A stretch of 64,000 bases of DNA, taken from Felis catus (lineage: Eukaryota). The stretch covers positions 188,544,001 through 188,608,000 of the forward strand of contig NC_058368.1 of the NCBI RefSeq assembly GCF_018350175.1, written 5' to 3'. Both the position numbers and the translations under genes were made by a program. Positions 1 through 13,394 of this stretch are shown here, one piece after another (position 1 is the first letter of the stretch; each line of letters opens with the position of its first letter). Below the pieces are notes generated by a model, which did not search any database, was not told where the DNA came from, and worked only from the letters and a program-made list of their open reading frames with translations.

Positions 1-460
1 GAATTTAATGTGGAGAACTAGTTTTAGAGCTTTGGCAGAGCTGAAAATAAGGTGAGGCATCTCAGAAATCGACAACTGCAGGGAACTGCTGCCATGTCTA
101 GGAAAGAAGACAAAAGGAAGAGCTATAGTATGATTGGAGCCCAGGAACCAGGGTATGTGGCAGGACCCAGAAGTTAGAGGAGGAGCCTCCAGCACCACTG
201 GATGGACTGTGCAGCCAGAGCTGGAGCCATGGTAGAGTGTGACCAGCAAGAACTGGACTATGGAGTAGACGCAGTCACTGCCTGAGATGGTGCCCTCTAG
301 TCTACCATCTGTGCCTCTATTGGCCAAACCTAACCAGAAGCCAGTGGCCAAGACATCCGAGAAATGTGGGCTACCAAGGTCAGCATCCTGTGATATAGAT
401 GTAAGCAGGGAAGGTCAGGGAATGGATTTGAGCACTAACAGACCAGTGACAGGCATAAGA
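1..460. mobile_element. Ancient ERVL-type LTR fragment (LTR33/LTR41-like)
   Basis: Motif ctattggccaaacctaaccagaagccag, characteristic of these LTRs (from memory). Confidence 0.45.
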
Positions 461-1181
461 CACTCTCACATCTGGCCCTAATGTACCTTCCTTCTCTCAT
501 TTCTACCACTCCTTTCTCTCTTGTTTTGTCTCAGCCATGTCAAGTTATTGGATATTTCCAGGCTATGCTATGTATATTCCCATTCTTTGGCTCTTTATTC
601 AAACCATCCCCTCAGCTTGGAATTCTTCCTTGTCTGCCTTGAAGTCTTACTCATCCTTCCAAGTATTAGTTTATGTTCTCATCCTTGAAACCTTGAAACC
701 TTTCCAGTCACATTCGTAAGTTTCTCACCCTCCAAATACCCTTTAAGTATTTGGGTCCCTAAGATTCTGTCCTTGATCCTCTTTTAGCTCATGTCACTGG
801 GTGACCTTAGTGGCTGATTTCGTCCACCCCCATGACTCTCAACTTCCACTTAAGTAGTGATGATTCACAAATTGTGTCTTTCCTAAATGCCAGACCCACA
901 TATATAGGTACTGATTAGACATTTCCACTTGCCTTTTTTATAATGCCTGATTCCGTATGTCTGAAACTTAACTACCGAACTCCCTCTCCCAGTATATATG
1001 TACTATATTATATTCAATTGCCCATGGGCCATATTTAGAAATCACCCAGTGCTACTCCTTTCTTATGATCCCTTCCCCAGTTATAATCAATCATACCAAA
1101 TCCTGTCAATGCTACCTCATTTACATCTCTCAAAGATGCACTCTAAAACTTTGGAAACATATATTAAAAGTCTTAAAGATA

Positions 1182-1850
1182 ATGTTATGGGTTGAATTGT
1201 GTCTCCCTGAAAATCATTTGTTGGAGTCCTAACATTTAATACTTAAGAATGTCATTAAAAAAATTTTTTTTAATGTTTATTTTTGAAAGGGGGGGGGCGC
1301 ACTAGTGGGGGAGGGGCAGAAAGAGAGGGAGACACAGAATCCGAAGCAGGCTCCAGGCTCTGAGCTGTCCTCACAGAGCCTGACATGGGGCTCGAACTCC
1401 TGAACCACAAGATCATGACCTGAGCCGAGGTCGGATGCTTAACCAACTGAGCCACCCAGGTGCCCCAAGAATATCATTTTATTTAGAAATCAGGTTATTG
1501 TAAATGTCATACTGGAGTAGGGTGACCCCCTAATACAATATGACTGGTGTCCTTATAAAAAGGGAAATTTTGGGCACTATAGGCAAACAGAGAGAATACC
1601 ATGTGAAGATAAAGACAGAGATCAGGGTAATGCAGCAGAACACAAGGATGGCCAATGATGGCCAGCAAACCACCAGGAGCCAGGAGAGCGGCATGGAACA
1701 GATTCTCACTGCCCACAGAAGAAATCAACCTTCTAACAGTTTGATCTTTACTTTCTAGACTCCAGAACTGTGACAATAAAATTCTATTGTTTAAGCCTCC
1801 TGGCTTGTTCCAGCAGACACTTTGTTCCAGCAGCCTAGAAAGCTAATATA
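1182..1850 (+). mobile_element. MaLR LTR (MLT1-type) interrupted by a SINE
   Basis: Begins tgttatgggttgaattgtgtc; contains tgactggtgtccttataaaa and ctccagaactgtgacaataaa; ends gcagcctagaaagctaata. Confidence 0.8.
1257..1466 (-). mobile_element. CAN-SINE (felid SINEC)
   Basis: tRNA-derived head, (CT)n region and A tail on the minus strand; TSD aagaat(g/a)tcatt. Confidence 0.9.
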
Positions 1851-2080
1851 AATATGTGTACTCTTTGACCAGAATTATCACACCTACTAATTAATCCTAT
1901 GAAAATAATTGCACAAGTGAACGAAGGACAACAATAGTGTTCATAATAGCATAATCAGAAATAACCTAAGTGTCTTAACAGTGGGACACAGAGTGCATCA
2001 TTTATGGTATATTCAAACACTGAAATGCCATATAGCTTTTAACAGTGAGGGTGTATGTATAAAGCTTGAAAGAAAAGGAC

Positions 2081-2368
2081 TTTTTTTTTTTTTTTTTTTA
2101 ACTACCCTACATTCTCCTACAAATGGACCTTGAGAGCTTGTTTGGAGGTTCTAGCAGGGGAGCACAGCTACTCGTATACCCTTGACCGAAGAACGGTCCT
2201 CCTCTATCGGGGAAGGTCGTCCTCTTCGACCGAGAGTGCAGCTTCGGGAGGGACGCACATGGAGTGGTGAGGGAGGAAGGCGACACCCGCCTAGCCAGCC
2301 AGATCAGCCGAATCAACCCTGGCGATCAATGGGGTGACAGATGTCGCAACCAGATCGCCCTCACATCC
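2081..2368 (-). pseudogene. RN7SK: 7SK snRNA retropseudogene, 3'-truncated (~nt 1-269) with poly(A) tail
   Basis: The reverse complement reads GGATGTGAGGGCGATCTGG...GTAGGGTAGTT then A19. Flanking TSD gaaagaaaaggac(tttt) at 2068 and 2369. Several differences are CpG transitions. Confidence 0.95.
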
Positions 2369-2915
2369 GAAAGAAAAGGACTTTTACAATATAGTTGTTA
2401 CTTAAAAGGGGCTATATGAGTTATTATGATGTGTGTTTTTTTGCAGCTTAAACTTCTGTGTATTATAAATGCATAGGAAAAAGTCTGAAAATATATCAAC
2501 ATATTTACAATAGTAGAATTTCAGGTAATTCACATTTCTATCTTTTTGCTTATCCATCTTCTCTTAAGAGCTATGGCTTAAAAATTAACCAGTATTTCTA
2601 GTTTTCTTCCCCCACTAGCCTCTTCTCTTTGCCTGGGTAGATTCACAATCCCTCCCTATCTTGGAAAGCAGGACGAAATAAAGAATAGGAGGGGGAGAGG
2701 AAGAAGGAAAGGGAAGTCAAGCTGATTGAAGATCTAGAACAGAAAAATTAGGAATTTAGAAAGCAAAATTATCAGTGTGACCTGTAGGAGGAAAAGTTTT
2801 GGGGAGGTATAGTTAAGAATGAGAGAATCCAGTGTAATCTTGGTTGCAGAGAAATGTGGAAGAGAGAAAAAGAACACAGGAAAAGTGTTCCTGGGGGTTA
2901 GAAATGAGACCCTGT

Positions 2916-3058
2916 GGGGGCTCCTGGCTGGTTCAGTTGGTGCAGCATGTGACTGTTTATCTTGGATTCATTGTGAGTTCAAGCCCTGCATTGGCCCTAG
3001 AAGCTTAATTTTAAAAAAAATTTTCTAGAAGAATAACAACAATAAAATACTAAAAAAT
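2916..3058 (+). mobile_element. Short CAN-SINE
   Basis: Head ggggctcctggctggttcagttgg, B box gagttcaagcc, A-rich tail. Confidence 0.7.
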
Positions 3059-3157
3059 AAATGAAATCCTCTGTAAAGATTGTTGAGCAATGCAAGTTAA
3101 AGCTCAGAATTTCATTTCATTTTTAAATAATTTTTACCTATTTAGACTGTACTTTTT

Positions 3158-3176
3158 AAAAAATATATATATTTAT

Positions 3177-3213
<37 letters not shown>

Positions 3214-3340
3214 ATCCCAAGCAGACTCCGTGCTGTCAGTGCAGAGCCCTATGTGGGGTTGATCTCATGAACTGTGAGATCATGACCTGAGCCAAAATCA
3301 CAAGTTGGGACACTTAACTGACTGAGCCACCCAGGTGCCA
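3158..3340 (-). mobile_element. CAN-SINE
   Basis: (GA)n, gatcatgacctgagcc, actgagccacccaggtgcc. Confidence 0.85.
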
Positions 3341-5937
3341 CTACACCATACTTTTTTAAATGCAGTGTCCATATAGAGAAAAGACCCAATTGAGTCTAGG
3401 ATTTATAGGTTATGGTTTTCTGTAATAAACATATAGACTGCAATTCACAAACTGAAATATGCAAGAAATGTAACTATTTTTCTATATTTGGACTTAACTT
3501 TTATTTGGGGATGGGTAATTATTCTATCAGGGGGAGAAGATGAGCCTCAGACAATGCAAGTTTTCTGAGGTAACATTTAAGTGGAGGTAGGGGGTAAACA
3601 TAGGCTTAGTTAATGTGAGTCACATGGAGAAGCCATCTGGGCCTCAGCTCTTAGAATGATAGCATCTTTTGAGATGTGCATCTTCCCATAAGGTCTTTGG
3701 TCTTTTGTCCACCCATGTTCCTGTCTTTTCTGGTTTGATGAGTCTCTTTGCTAGGGCCATGCTTTTTTTGAGGCAAGAAGGACCCTCAGTGGGTGTGTTT
3801 TATTCCCTGAACCACACTGGGTTTCCCTGAACCACACTGGGTTGTGGGTAAACTCTGGGGTCTTGTCACCTTCAGAGCTTAATATGGGACTGGATTATGG
3901 GCCCATAAATGCACTTAAACTACCAGATGAGTCTGTCACTCTCAATTCTTGCTAGGGTTTCAGCCATTACATCGTCAACCCCCTAGCTACCTCCCAGCAG
4001 GTACCATGATTTCTTCCGATTTCTTCCTCATGGACACCTACTGATATTTATCTCTTTTGCATTATCTCCAATTCTCTCTCTCCCCCTTGGCCTTGGGAAG
4101 TCTTGCCACAGTTTTGTGCTATCTAGATTTCTTAGGCTTCTGAGCATCCCTTCACTCTCTATTTCTTAGACTTTTGTTCTGTCTTCTGTCCATGAAGTAG
4201 TCAGCTACCCAGTATTCCATCTATGGCCCACTTGTCTTTTCCCAGGTTCTCTTCCACTCCCAGAGAATTAACTACCACTTCTGTGTTGACTCCTGAATGT
4301 ACAGTTCCAGTCCAAAATCAATGCCCAGTTGCTGTATCTGTCTTCATGATCTCCCATAAGTCAATAAAAACTTATCTCAAATTCTAAGGGGATGCAAAGA
4401 AAGGATCTCTCATTTAGATATAACTGCAGCTGGCATCTCTGTATCTGCACAGCTCAGGAACTTGATCATGTCACTTCCTTGCTCCACATCTTGAGGAAAA
4501 ACATATAGTGGTCTACTCAGGAGCATGGCCACTTGACAGAAGGGATCATTTTATCATTGTTTAGAATTGTTGGCAATGTAATCATTCTTATTATTGTTTT
4601 CAAATACTCCACAGACAATGCCCTCCGTCTTTGTCTACACCCAGGGTGGACCGTTCCAGTTGCCTTCTCTTTGGTGTGCCACTGAGAACTGTAGGTCTCC
4701 AGCCTCTTCTCCTTATTTCCCTTCTGCCTTTCAAGTAAGGATCTAAAGAACGCTTTGCTGTTTCTCACTTCTGTGTTTTTTATCATGCTCTCCCCTCTGC
4801 CTGAAATTCCCCCATTCCATACACATACATCATCTGGCTTCCCCCTACTCTTTAAGATTCAGCTTAGTGTCACTTCCCCCAGGAAGCTGCCTCTGCTCAC
4901 TCAACTCTGAGTTATGTGTCCCTTCTTGGGCTTCCATAATGTCTTCTAAATACTGAACCTCTGCATTGTCCACATTGTACTCTAATCCGTTCATGACTCC
5001 GTCTTCCTCAGTTATTATGCACAAACCCAAGGTAGTCCTATTCATTTTTATATCTCCAAGATCTAGGGAAATACTTGTCTCTTAGTATGCCTTCAACAGA
5101 GGTTTACTGAAAGAGTGAAAAAATGAAATCATTATTTTATATTTCACCTATATTGATTAAGGTTTAACACATTTAGTGTTTCTGAACTATTAGATGTACA
5201 TCTGATAGTAAAGGGTGTTTAGTATTATTCTTAGGATGTAAGTTATAAATTCTACAGAACACTTATTTTCATGAAAAAAATGTTTATTTAGTAATCTCTT
5301 AGTATCTTCTTTCACTTCCTTTCCTGATGCCCTTTAGAAACCCTCATATGAACTTTCCACATATTTACTTAAGGCCTGATTAGTCTCCACACAGGCTGCC
5401 TTGATTCTGCACCATTCACAGATCAAAAGACATTTTTGAGTTTTAAAGAATGTTCTTCTCTAAATCTCTACAGATCTTTTGTTGTAGTGAGACAGTTATG
5501 CTCAGTGACTGAGAGTTTGGGATTCAATTATTATTCCATTCATTTAACTACACCAATAAATGGCGATAGAATTCAGAATTCTGAGCTACAATAAGGTGGA
5601 ATTTTAAGAGGCACTTGAAATTCTTGACAGCTGAAGTAGGGCCATTTTAAAATACACATGATGGGAAACTCAATTGTGAAATGTTCTCTTTGCAGTCTTC
5701 TCCAAAGAGATGCGTCTGGAAATGACTTCTTTTTCCAGGGGAGAAAATATAATCTGCTCCTCTCTTCCCATCACTGCCTTTAATAAACCATCAAGTCTTA
5801 CAGATTTTTTTTTCCTCCCAGTGTCTCTTATAACCATCCCATTTATTTTAACTGCAGCAGCCTTATGAATGTTCCATCACTTACAATATCTTATGTAGTG
5901 ATTCTTTAGTGTTGAAATATTTTTAAAAAGCTGGAAG

Positions 5938-6152
5938 CAGTGGTGTTCTTGTAAATGTATCACAACCAGCTCTTTGGGTACAGAAGCTCTGTTTGTAGCA
6001 CTTGCCAATTTCCTTGGTGTAAATACTCCCACCAAGGCAGATTTCAAGCTATCAATTTGATGTCACTGAATAAAGAATTAGAGAGAGATGTACACACTCA
6101 GCTTTCATGAGCCAGTGCAGAGCTGCTACATGTCTGCTCCAGCACACCACTG
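5938..6152 (-). mobile_element. hAT DNA transposon fossil (MER63-like)
   Basis: Terminal inverted repeats cagtggtg...caccactg; 8-bp TSD gctggaag/gctagaag; internal gtaaatactcccacc and atttcaagct motifs. Confidence 0.8.
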
Positions 6153-8994
6153 GCTAGAAGATTAATGTTTCTCAAGCACCATTAAGTAGACTACTCCCAA
6201 ATTCAGGAATCTACCTGGACCTCTAATGCTAACTGTGGAAACCACAAATATGGTCTGTTCACTCTTCTCTATCACAAGTACTATGCTAGGCTACTTGATT
6301 GAAGACTGCAATAGCCATTTAAGTGATCTCCCTGCTTCCACTCTGGCCCTAGAATTCTCCACACAGCACACAGACTGATATTTTTAAAATCTTAATTTGA
6401 TTATGTCACCCGCAGGGAGGCAATGTGCCACACCAGGGACTATGCCTGCAGTGTTCATGGAGTTATATAGTGCCCAGGCTATATAATCAGCCATACCTAA
6501 CACCTCTGCCCTCTGCTTAAAATCCTTGGTGGTTTTTTCACAACACTTGGGATTTGTATAATATTTATACTTGTGTAACAGATGGTGTGACATGGCCTCC
6601 GAGGGTCTATCTGATCTGACCTGAGCCTCCTCTCAATCCAGCTCCATCTGTTCTGTTCTAGCACATCCAGCCCTTCCCAGGGCCCCACTGGGAACTCTCC
6701 TCTCCTTGTTCTTCCCTTGGTAATCTCATTTTCTGAAGTCTCTGCTCACAAGACACTTTCTCAGAGAGGCCTTTCTTGAACCCCTAATCTAAATTAAGTC
6801 CTCTCAATTAGTCTCGTTTTTCTTCTAGACAAAGACTATTTATTAAAAATATTATTTTTATATATTTTTATTTTCATAACAATGCTTTGTAGTTTACTGT
6901 CATCAGTTCTCACATTTAGGTCAAAATGAATACAGGGGTCCCTGGATGGCTCAGTCAGTGGAGCCTGTGACTCTTGATCTCCAAAGCTAGAGCAAGATTC
7001 CTGTTACTTATGTATTGGATTTCACTGTATCATACCTTTTCTGAGTCATTACATACAGAATACTGAGACGAATGGACGGGTAAGGGCCAAAGGGAAACAG
7101 TACTAGGGACAAAATCACATTGATTAATGTTACCAAAATACTAACCCAGCACACACACTTTGGCTGTTTGGAAATTCCAAATGTTTATGGAATATTAATA
7201 TTTGATGTCAGCCGTCCACTAGATTATAAACACCATGAGGGCAGAGATCATGTTGTTTTGGTTTATTTTTATATTAAAAAGTACCTAGAATAGTACCTGG
7301 CACATAGTAGAAACTGAATAAATATTTGTTGAAGGCGTAAATAAATTTAAACCCCTTAGGATGACATTCAATATGTTTAACCAAATGATGATAACTCCTT
7401 GCTCTAAGAAGCTAATTTTACTTCTGTATTGACAGACTTTCCATGTCACCTGAAGTGGTATAGTTATTGCCTCTGTTTGTCACTTATTCAAGACTATATC
7501 ACTTTTTTGAATATTTTGTTTTCTTGCTAAAAATATTCTTTCTCTTCTCTAATCATCTTTTCTCCTTTCAAACTGACCTTTGAAAACTGGCCATAAAACT
7601 GACCTCCAAACAACCTCCCGTGATTGGCCTTGCTTGTCTATTCACTTAGTTTCATTCATTCCTCCTTTGAAAAATATTAAACAGTCACTGTGTATTGCAC
7701 ATCATTTTGGGCATTGGAGACATAAATATAAATAAGACAGAGAAAGTCTCTGTTTAAATAACCAACTACATAATTAAAGTATCTCCAAATAGTGGTGAAT
7801 GCTATTAAAACACAAATATAGGATGATGTGTAAGAAAGTGATTGGGGCAGAACATTAGGTAAGGATTTAGGAAAGGACTTTTGAGGAGGCAGTGTTTGGT
7901 CTGATGTGAAGAAGATGTGAGAATAGAGCATTTCCAACAGCATTTCTGGCATGAAAGTGAACAGGTACAGGGACCTGGTGCAGGCACAAAGCATTCCTGG
8001 AAAAGCAGGGGTGAGATCATGACTGGAGCTACCTGAGCGAGAAAGAGAGTGGTAGGAGTAAGGGTAGAGAGGCGGGCAATGCCAGATCAAGCAGGAACCT
8101 GTAGGCTAAGAACAGGAGTAGGGATTTTACTGTAAATGTAAGGGGGTATTTTAGAAGCTTTGAAACTTGGGCATGTCATGGCCTGATTTATGTTTCAAAA
8201 GACTCATTTGGCTGTTGGGTTGGTTATATACATCGACTGCAAAAGTGAAAGCAGAAAGACCAGGAAGAAAGTAATTGCACTAACTCTAGAGATGATGATA
8301 GCTTAGCATGAACTAGGGTGGTAGTGAAAACGGAGCAAACGGATATGTTCTAGAGGTAAAGCTAATAGGCATCCTTGGATTTGTTGGGTGTGGGAATGGA
8401 GGCTGGGGTGGATGTGGAAAGAACAAAATCAAATTTGATTATTAGATTTTTTTTTTTTTAATTTGAGCAACTGGGTGTTGATGGTACCAAATACTAAGAT
8501 GTAGAAGCAAGGACAAAAAGATTAAGGTGGGAATGGAGATGGGGTGGGGAGTGGGAGTCAAGCATTCTATTTAATTCTTGTAAGTGCAGATGTCAAATTT
8601 GACCTTGAGAGCATGAGCCTGGAGCACAGTGGAAAGCCAGAGCATGTAGTGGTCAAGAGAGGAGGCTCTGGACCCATCTTACGCAGTTTCAAATCCTGGC
8701 TCCTTCTCTCTATGTGGGCTTGAACAATTTACTTAACCTCCTTGTGCTTCAGTTTCTTCATCCATACATTGGGGATAAAAATAGTACCCCATAAATTTGT
8801 TGTAAGGATTAAATTAACTAATACACAGAAATAATTTACAATAGAGTTTGGCACATAGGAAGCATCCAATAAGTTTTAACTAGGATTATCAATATGGGTA
8901 CAGGTGAGGGCTAGAACATAAATTTGGGAGTCATCAGTGGAATTTTAAAACCATGGGATTAGATGATACACCCTCAGGAGAGAGTATATTTAAT

Positions 8995-9239
8995 TTTTTT
9001 AACGTTTGTTTTTTGTTTGTTTGTTTGTTTGTTTGTTTGTTTGTTTGTTTGTTTTTTGAGAGAGAGAGAGAGCATAAGCGGGGAAGGGACAGAGAGAGAG
9101 GGAGACACGGAATCCAAAGCAGGCTCCAGGTTCTGAGCTGTCAGCACAGAGCCTGTGGTGGGGCTCGAACCCACGGACCGGGAGATCATGATCTGAGCAG
9201 AAGTCGGACACTTAACTCACTGAGCCTCCCAGGTGCCCC
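8995..9239 (-). mobile_element. CAN-SINE with (TTTG)n tail
   Basis: TSD gagagagt(a/g)tatttaa; full SINE body. Confidence 0.9.
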
Positions 9240-9301
9240 GAGAGAGTGTATTTAAAGAAGGCAAGGGGCAGGGAGTACCCAGATTCACGTCATGATCTCG
9301 T

Positions 9302-9302
9302 G

Positions 9303-9361
<59 letters not shown>
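9302..9361. repeat. (AT)n(AG)n compound microsatellite
   Basis: Directly visible. Confidence 0.9.
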
Positions 9362-9365
<4 letters not shown>

Positions 9366-9520
9366 TTTAAAAACAGAAGAGGAAGGCAAGGGGCCCTGGG
9401 CCAAGCCATGGGTCACTGCAACATTTAGAGTTGAATTAGGGGAAGCAAAGTAGCCCCAGAAGGAGAGTGAGGGGGAGCTGCCAGGAGGAAGGAGGAAACC
9501 AGCAGTGTGCAGTCACAGGA

Positions 9521-9938
9521 GTTATACTGAGTTGAATCCTGTCCACCCAGAATTCATGTCCATCTGGAATCTCAGAATGTGACCATATTTGGAAATATGG
9601 TTTCTGCACATGCAGTTGGTTAAGTTCCGATAAGGTCATACTGGATACTGATGAGCCCAGAATTGAATAACTGATAATCTTATAAGAAGGCCATGTGATG
9701 ATGGAGGCAGAGATTGGAGTGATGCATCATCTGTAAGACAAGGAGTGCCAAGGATTTCTGGGAGCTGCCAGAAGCTGGAAGAGGCAAGGCATGGTTCTTC
9801 CTTAGAGCCTTCAGAGGGAACACTGCCCTGCTGATACCTTGATGTTGAACTCCTAGCCTCCAGAACTGAAAGAAAAAAAAAATTTCTGTCGTTTTTAGCT
9901 TCCCAATTGTGGAACTTTGTTACAGCGGCCCTAGGAAT
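9521..9938 (+). mobile_element. MaLR LTR (MLT1-type)
   Basis: ctcagaatgtgaccatatttggaaat, aaggtcatactgga, gcctccagaactg, tttgttacagcggccctaggaa. Confidence 0.8.
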
Positions 9939-11226
9939 CCAGTGCAGAAATCAAGAAATGGAAATGTTTTTGGAAAGAAGGAAATGACAGATTCTTTGAA
10001 ATGCTACTGGTAGTAGTAGTAGAATAAGATGAAGACTGGCAAGGGACTGTTGGACCTAACAATGAGGAAGTCTTTGATGATCTCACTGGGAATGGTTTCA
10101 AGGGGTGTTTGGGGTGGACTTGAAGTGGAGTGGGTTGAGGGGCAAATGGAGAGTGAGGAAATTGAGATAGCGCTATAGAAAACTTCTCAGAAAATCTTCG
10201 CAGTGATATGGGGGGTGATGGTTGCAAGGCATGAAGGGAGGGATTTTTTAAAGACTGCCATCCTAAGCGTGTTTGTATGCTAGTGGTAGTTATCCATGAG
10301 AGAAGGAAGAGAAGTTGATGGTATGGGGGGAGGGGGAAGGGGAATTATTATAGGTTCTAAGTCCTTGAACAGCAAGAGAGGCTGTGATCCAGATCTCTAG
10401 TGGAGGACATGACCTTTGACAGAAGCAGGGAAACTTCTCCCACCTGAGGGGAGTGAAGACCAAGAATATCACCACCAAGCTGGTAGATCATGGAAGAAAG
10501 TTGACGAACTTGATCAGTTGCATCCATCTTCTCAGCTACTCACTCAGCTGAAAGTGAATGGAGGAGAGAGAGTAGGTGGTATTGGAAGTTTGAGAAGAAA
10601 GCAGAGTGAGCCACTCTGGGGAGTCGAGAACAACCTCACTAGAACAATGCAATGGTTCTGTGTAGCAGCACTGAAGGCTAAGCTTTGAAATTCATGGTTG
10701 CTTGTGTGGTTTGTCCAGCAATCTCAGCTGCTCAAGTGCAGGTGCTGAGCAGATGGTGGGAAGGAAAGTTAACATTTATAAATGAGACATTTAAATGGTA
10801 GACTGTAGAATCTATGCTGGGTAAAGAAAGAGGTAGGACATAAGAAAGGTATGTGAAGAGTTGGTAGGGTCAGTGGATTGGAAGCTTGATGCTAAGAAGA
10901 ACACACGAGTATATTTTTAAAAAGAATCAATATTTGTAGGAGTGATCACAGAGAAAGATGCTCAAAATTGAAATTCTGGAAGTTGACGTTAATGACAGTT
11001 TGAGAATTAACTATGATAACAAATGGGTGGGAGGAAAAGATCATTTACACGAGAATGTTAAATGAGGAGATTAGGAAGGGGATTAGGAGAAACAACTGCT
11101 TGACAGGCAGAGGGTTACCTTTGGGGGCAAAGAAAATGGTTTAGAACTAGGTAGAGGTGGTGTTTGCCCAATATTGTGAATATACTAAATGCCACTCAAT
11201 CGTTCACTTTAAAATGGCTAATTTGG

Positions 11227-11425
11227 GGGGCTCCTGGGTGGCTCAGTTGGTTTAGTGTCTGACTCTTGGTTTTGGCTCAGGTCGTGATCTCACATTTTGT
11301 GGGTTCGAGCCCCATGTCGGGCCTGCTTGGAATTCTCTCTGTCTCCCTTTCTCTGCCCCTCCCCTACTTATGCTGTCTCTGTCTCTCTCAAAATAATAAA
11401 TAAATTTAAAAAAACAACAACAACA
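11227..11425 (+). mobile_element. CAN-SINE inside an L1M 3'-end fragment (~11110-11470)
   Basis: SINE head and tail; TSD tggctaattt. Confidence 0.85.
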
Positions 11426-11679
11426 TGTGGCTAATTTGATGTTACATGAATTTCACCACAATTTAAAAAAAAGAAAAAGGAAAAAAATCCCACATGGATT
11501 ATGTTGTTGAAGTCACAAAAAATGGGGGCACAAAAACTCTATGAGGTGGATAGGACAATTATCTCCATCCTAAAAAATGAAGGAACAGAGGTATAGAGAG
11601 GTCAAGTGATTTGCCCACTGTCACACAGGTAGTCAGGGGTAAAGCTTGGGGGGGAGGGGAAACAAGAGTAAAGCTTAGA

Positions 11680-11906
11680 GGGGGTGCCTAAGTGGCTCAG
11701 TCGGTTAAGCATCCAACTTCAGCTCAGGTCATGATCTCACCGTTCTTGAGTTTGAGCTGTGAGTCAGGCTGTGTGCTAACAGCTCGGGGCCTGAAGCCTG
11801 CTTCAGATTCTGTGTCTCCCTCTCTCTCTGCCCCTCCCCCATTCATGTGTGTGCTTGCTCTCTCTGTCTCTCAAAACTGAATAAATATTAAAAAATAAAT
11901 AAAAGA
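11680..11906 (+). mobile_element. CAN-SINE inside a MIR
   Basis: Full SINE body; TSD aaagcttaga. Confidence 0.9.
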
Positions 11907-13002
11907 ACAAAGCTTAGATTTAACTGGAGTTTGGGTTCTGGACTCAGAGAAGTGTCTCTATGAACAAACTCATTACCTTTTCTGGTATGTGGCTAGACTG
12001 ACAGGAAGCAGAGCACAATGTGATAATTCATTTAAACTACCTAGTATAGAGACTAGAACATAGTAAATGCCCAGTAACTATTACTGTCCTGTGCTAACTA
12101 CTCAGTATTGCTTCATTTCCTGTTAAAGTCCAGACTCCTTAGCATGCCATGGAAAATCTTTCCTCAGCTCCTGAATAGAGCCCAGTTTACTTCATCTCTC
12201 CCTACATTCCCTCTGGAAATCTGAGATCAAATCATAATTATACTGCTTTTCATTTCTTGCATGTACTTTACACTCTGGGGGTATCTGATTTTGTTACCCA
12301 CTAGCCGTCAAAATTTTTATTCAGAAAATTTATTTTATTTTATTTATTTGCCCTGCCCTCCAAAGCAAACTTGGGCAGATCCCAAGACTTCTTAATGGAT
12401 GCGCAGTCCTACTCACTTTAAGTTACAAATCACAGTCTTGATTAGGTAATTAGAATGTGTCCAGTCAGAAGATTAATTAAATGCTTCAATCTCCCTTCAG
12501 TGAAAGATCTCTCCATATGTGAAGTGGTGGACTTCTGCTCTGTCCCCACTGCCTTCCTTCCAGTGTACCAGCAACTGCATCAGACCCTACCTGGGTGGAG
12601 ACCGCTCGAAGTGGGACAGGTCAGGGATGGGGAAGTTCATACTTGTTGGGGGTCTTCAACTTCTCTGGGTCTGGCAGATGGCTACACTTGAAGCTTTCTC
12701 TTTTAGTACCTAGTGCACTTTTTTTTTTTTAATAGCAGTTGATTGAAAAGATACAGGGATAATACAACAAAAAGTGATTTGCTAATAGCCCCAGGATGCT
12801 AGTCCACACAGTGACTTAGAAGGGGGACCTGGTTGCAAGAGTACTTAGGCTGCTTCCACATTGGTTGCTGGTTACTTTGTAGAATCTGAACGATCAGCAC
12901 CGGACTGCTACTGGTCTATCAACTAGGAGAAGCTAGCTGGCTTTTTATAACTGACCAACTAAGGCAAGCTGGTGGCTCTCCATGGGTTGTTTGAAGATTC
13001 TT

Positions 13003-13394
13003 CTTTTTTTTAATTTTTTTTTTTTATGTAAAAAAAATTTTTTTTAATCTTTATTTATTTTAGAAAGAGAGAGAGAGAGTGAGCAGACACAGTGCAAGTG
13101 GGGGAGGAACAGAGAGAGAATCTAAAGTAGGCTCCAGGTTCTGAGTTGTCAGCCCAGAGCCCAATGCAGGGCTCGAAGTCATGGGCTGAAGTCGGATGCT
13201 TAACTGACTGAGCCATCTAGGTGCCCCAAAATTCATTTTTTTAAAAAGTTTGTTTATTTATTTTGAGAGAGTCCCAAGCAGGCTACACCCTCAGCACACA
13301 GCCCTATGTGGGGGCTCAATCCCATGAACTGTCAGATCATGACTGAGCTGAAATTGATTCAGAATCTTCACTGACTGAGCCACCCAGGTACCCC
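13003..13394 (-). mobile_element. Two CAN-SINEs in tandem or nested
   Basis: Two SINE heads ending at ~13227 and ~13394; outer TSD gaagattctt. Confidence 0.85.

Larger units (their letters stand above)
7650..11050 (-). mobile_element. Fragmented ancient L2 with MIR, SINE and MLT1 insertions
   Basis: Purine-rich degenerate L2-like text (e.g. aatttgggagtcatcag, gtctttgatgatctc); MIR-like core at 8640-8870. Boundaries approximate. Confidence 0.45.

Noticed and set aside
2107..2368. Functional 7SK gene, or the 69-aa ORF over it
   Set aside because: Lacks the 3' end and terminator, has poly(A), a TSD and CpG decay, and shows no evident upstream PSE/TATA promoter; the ORF is incidental.
12300..12310. 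CTAG terminus suggesting a Helitron end
   Set aside because: No subterminal hairpin or matching 5' TC end found; a 4-bp match is expected by chance.
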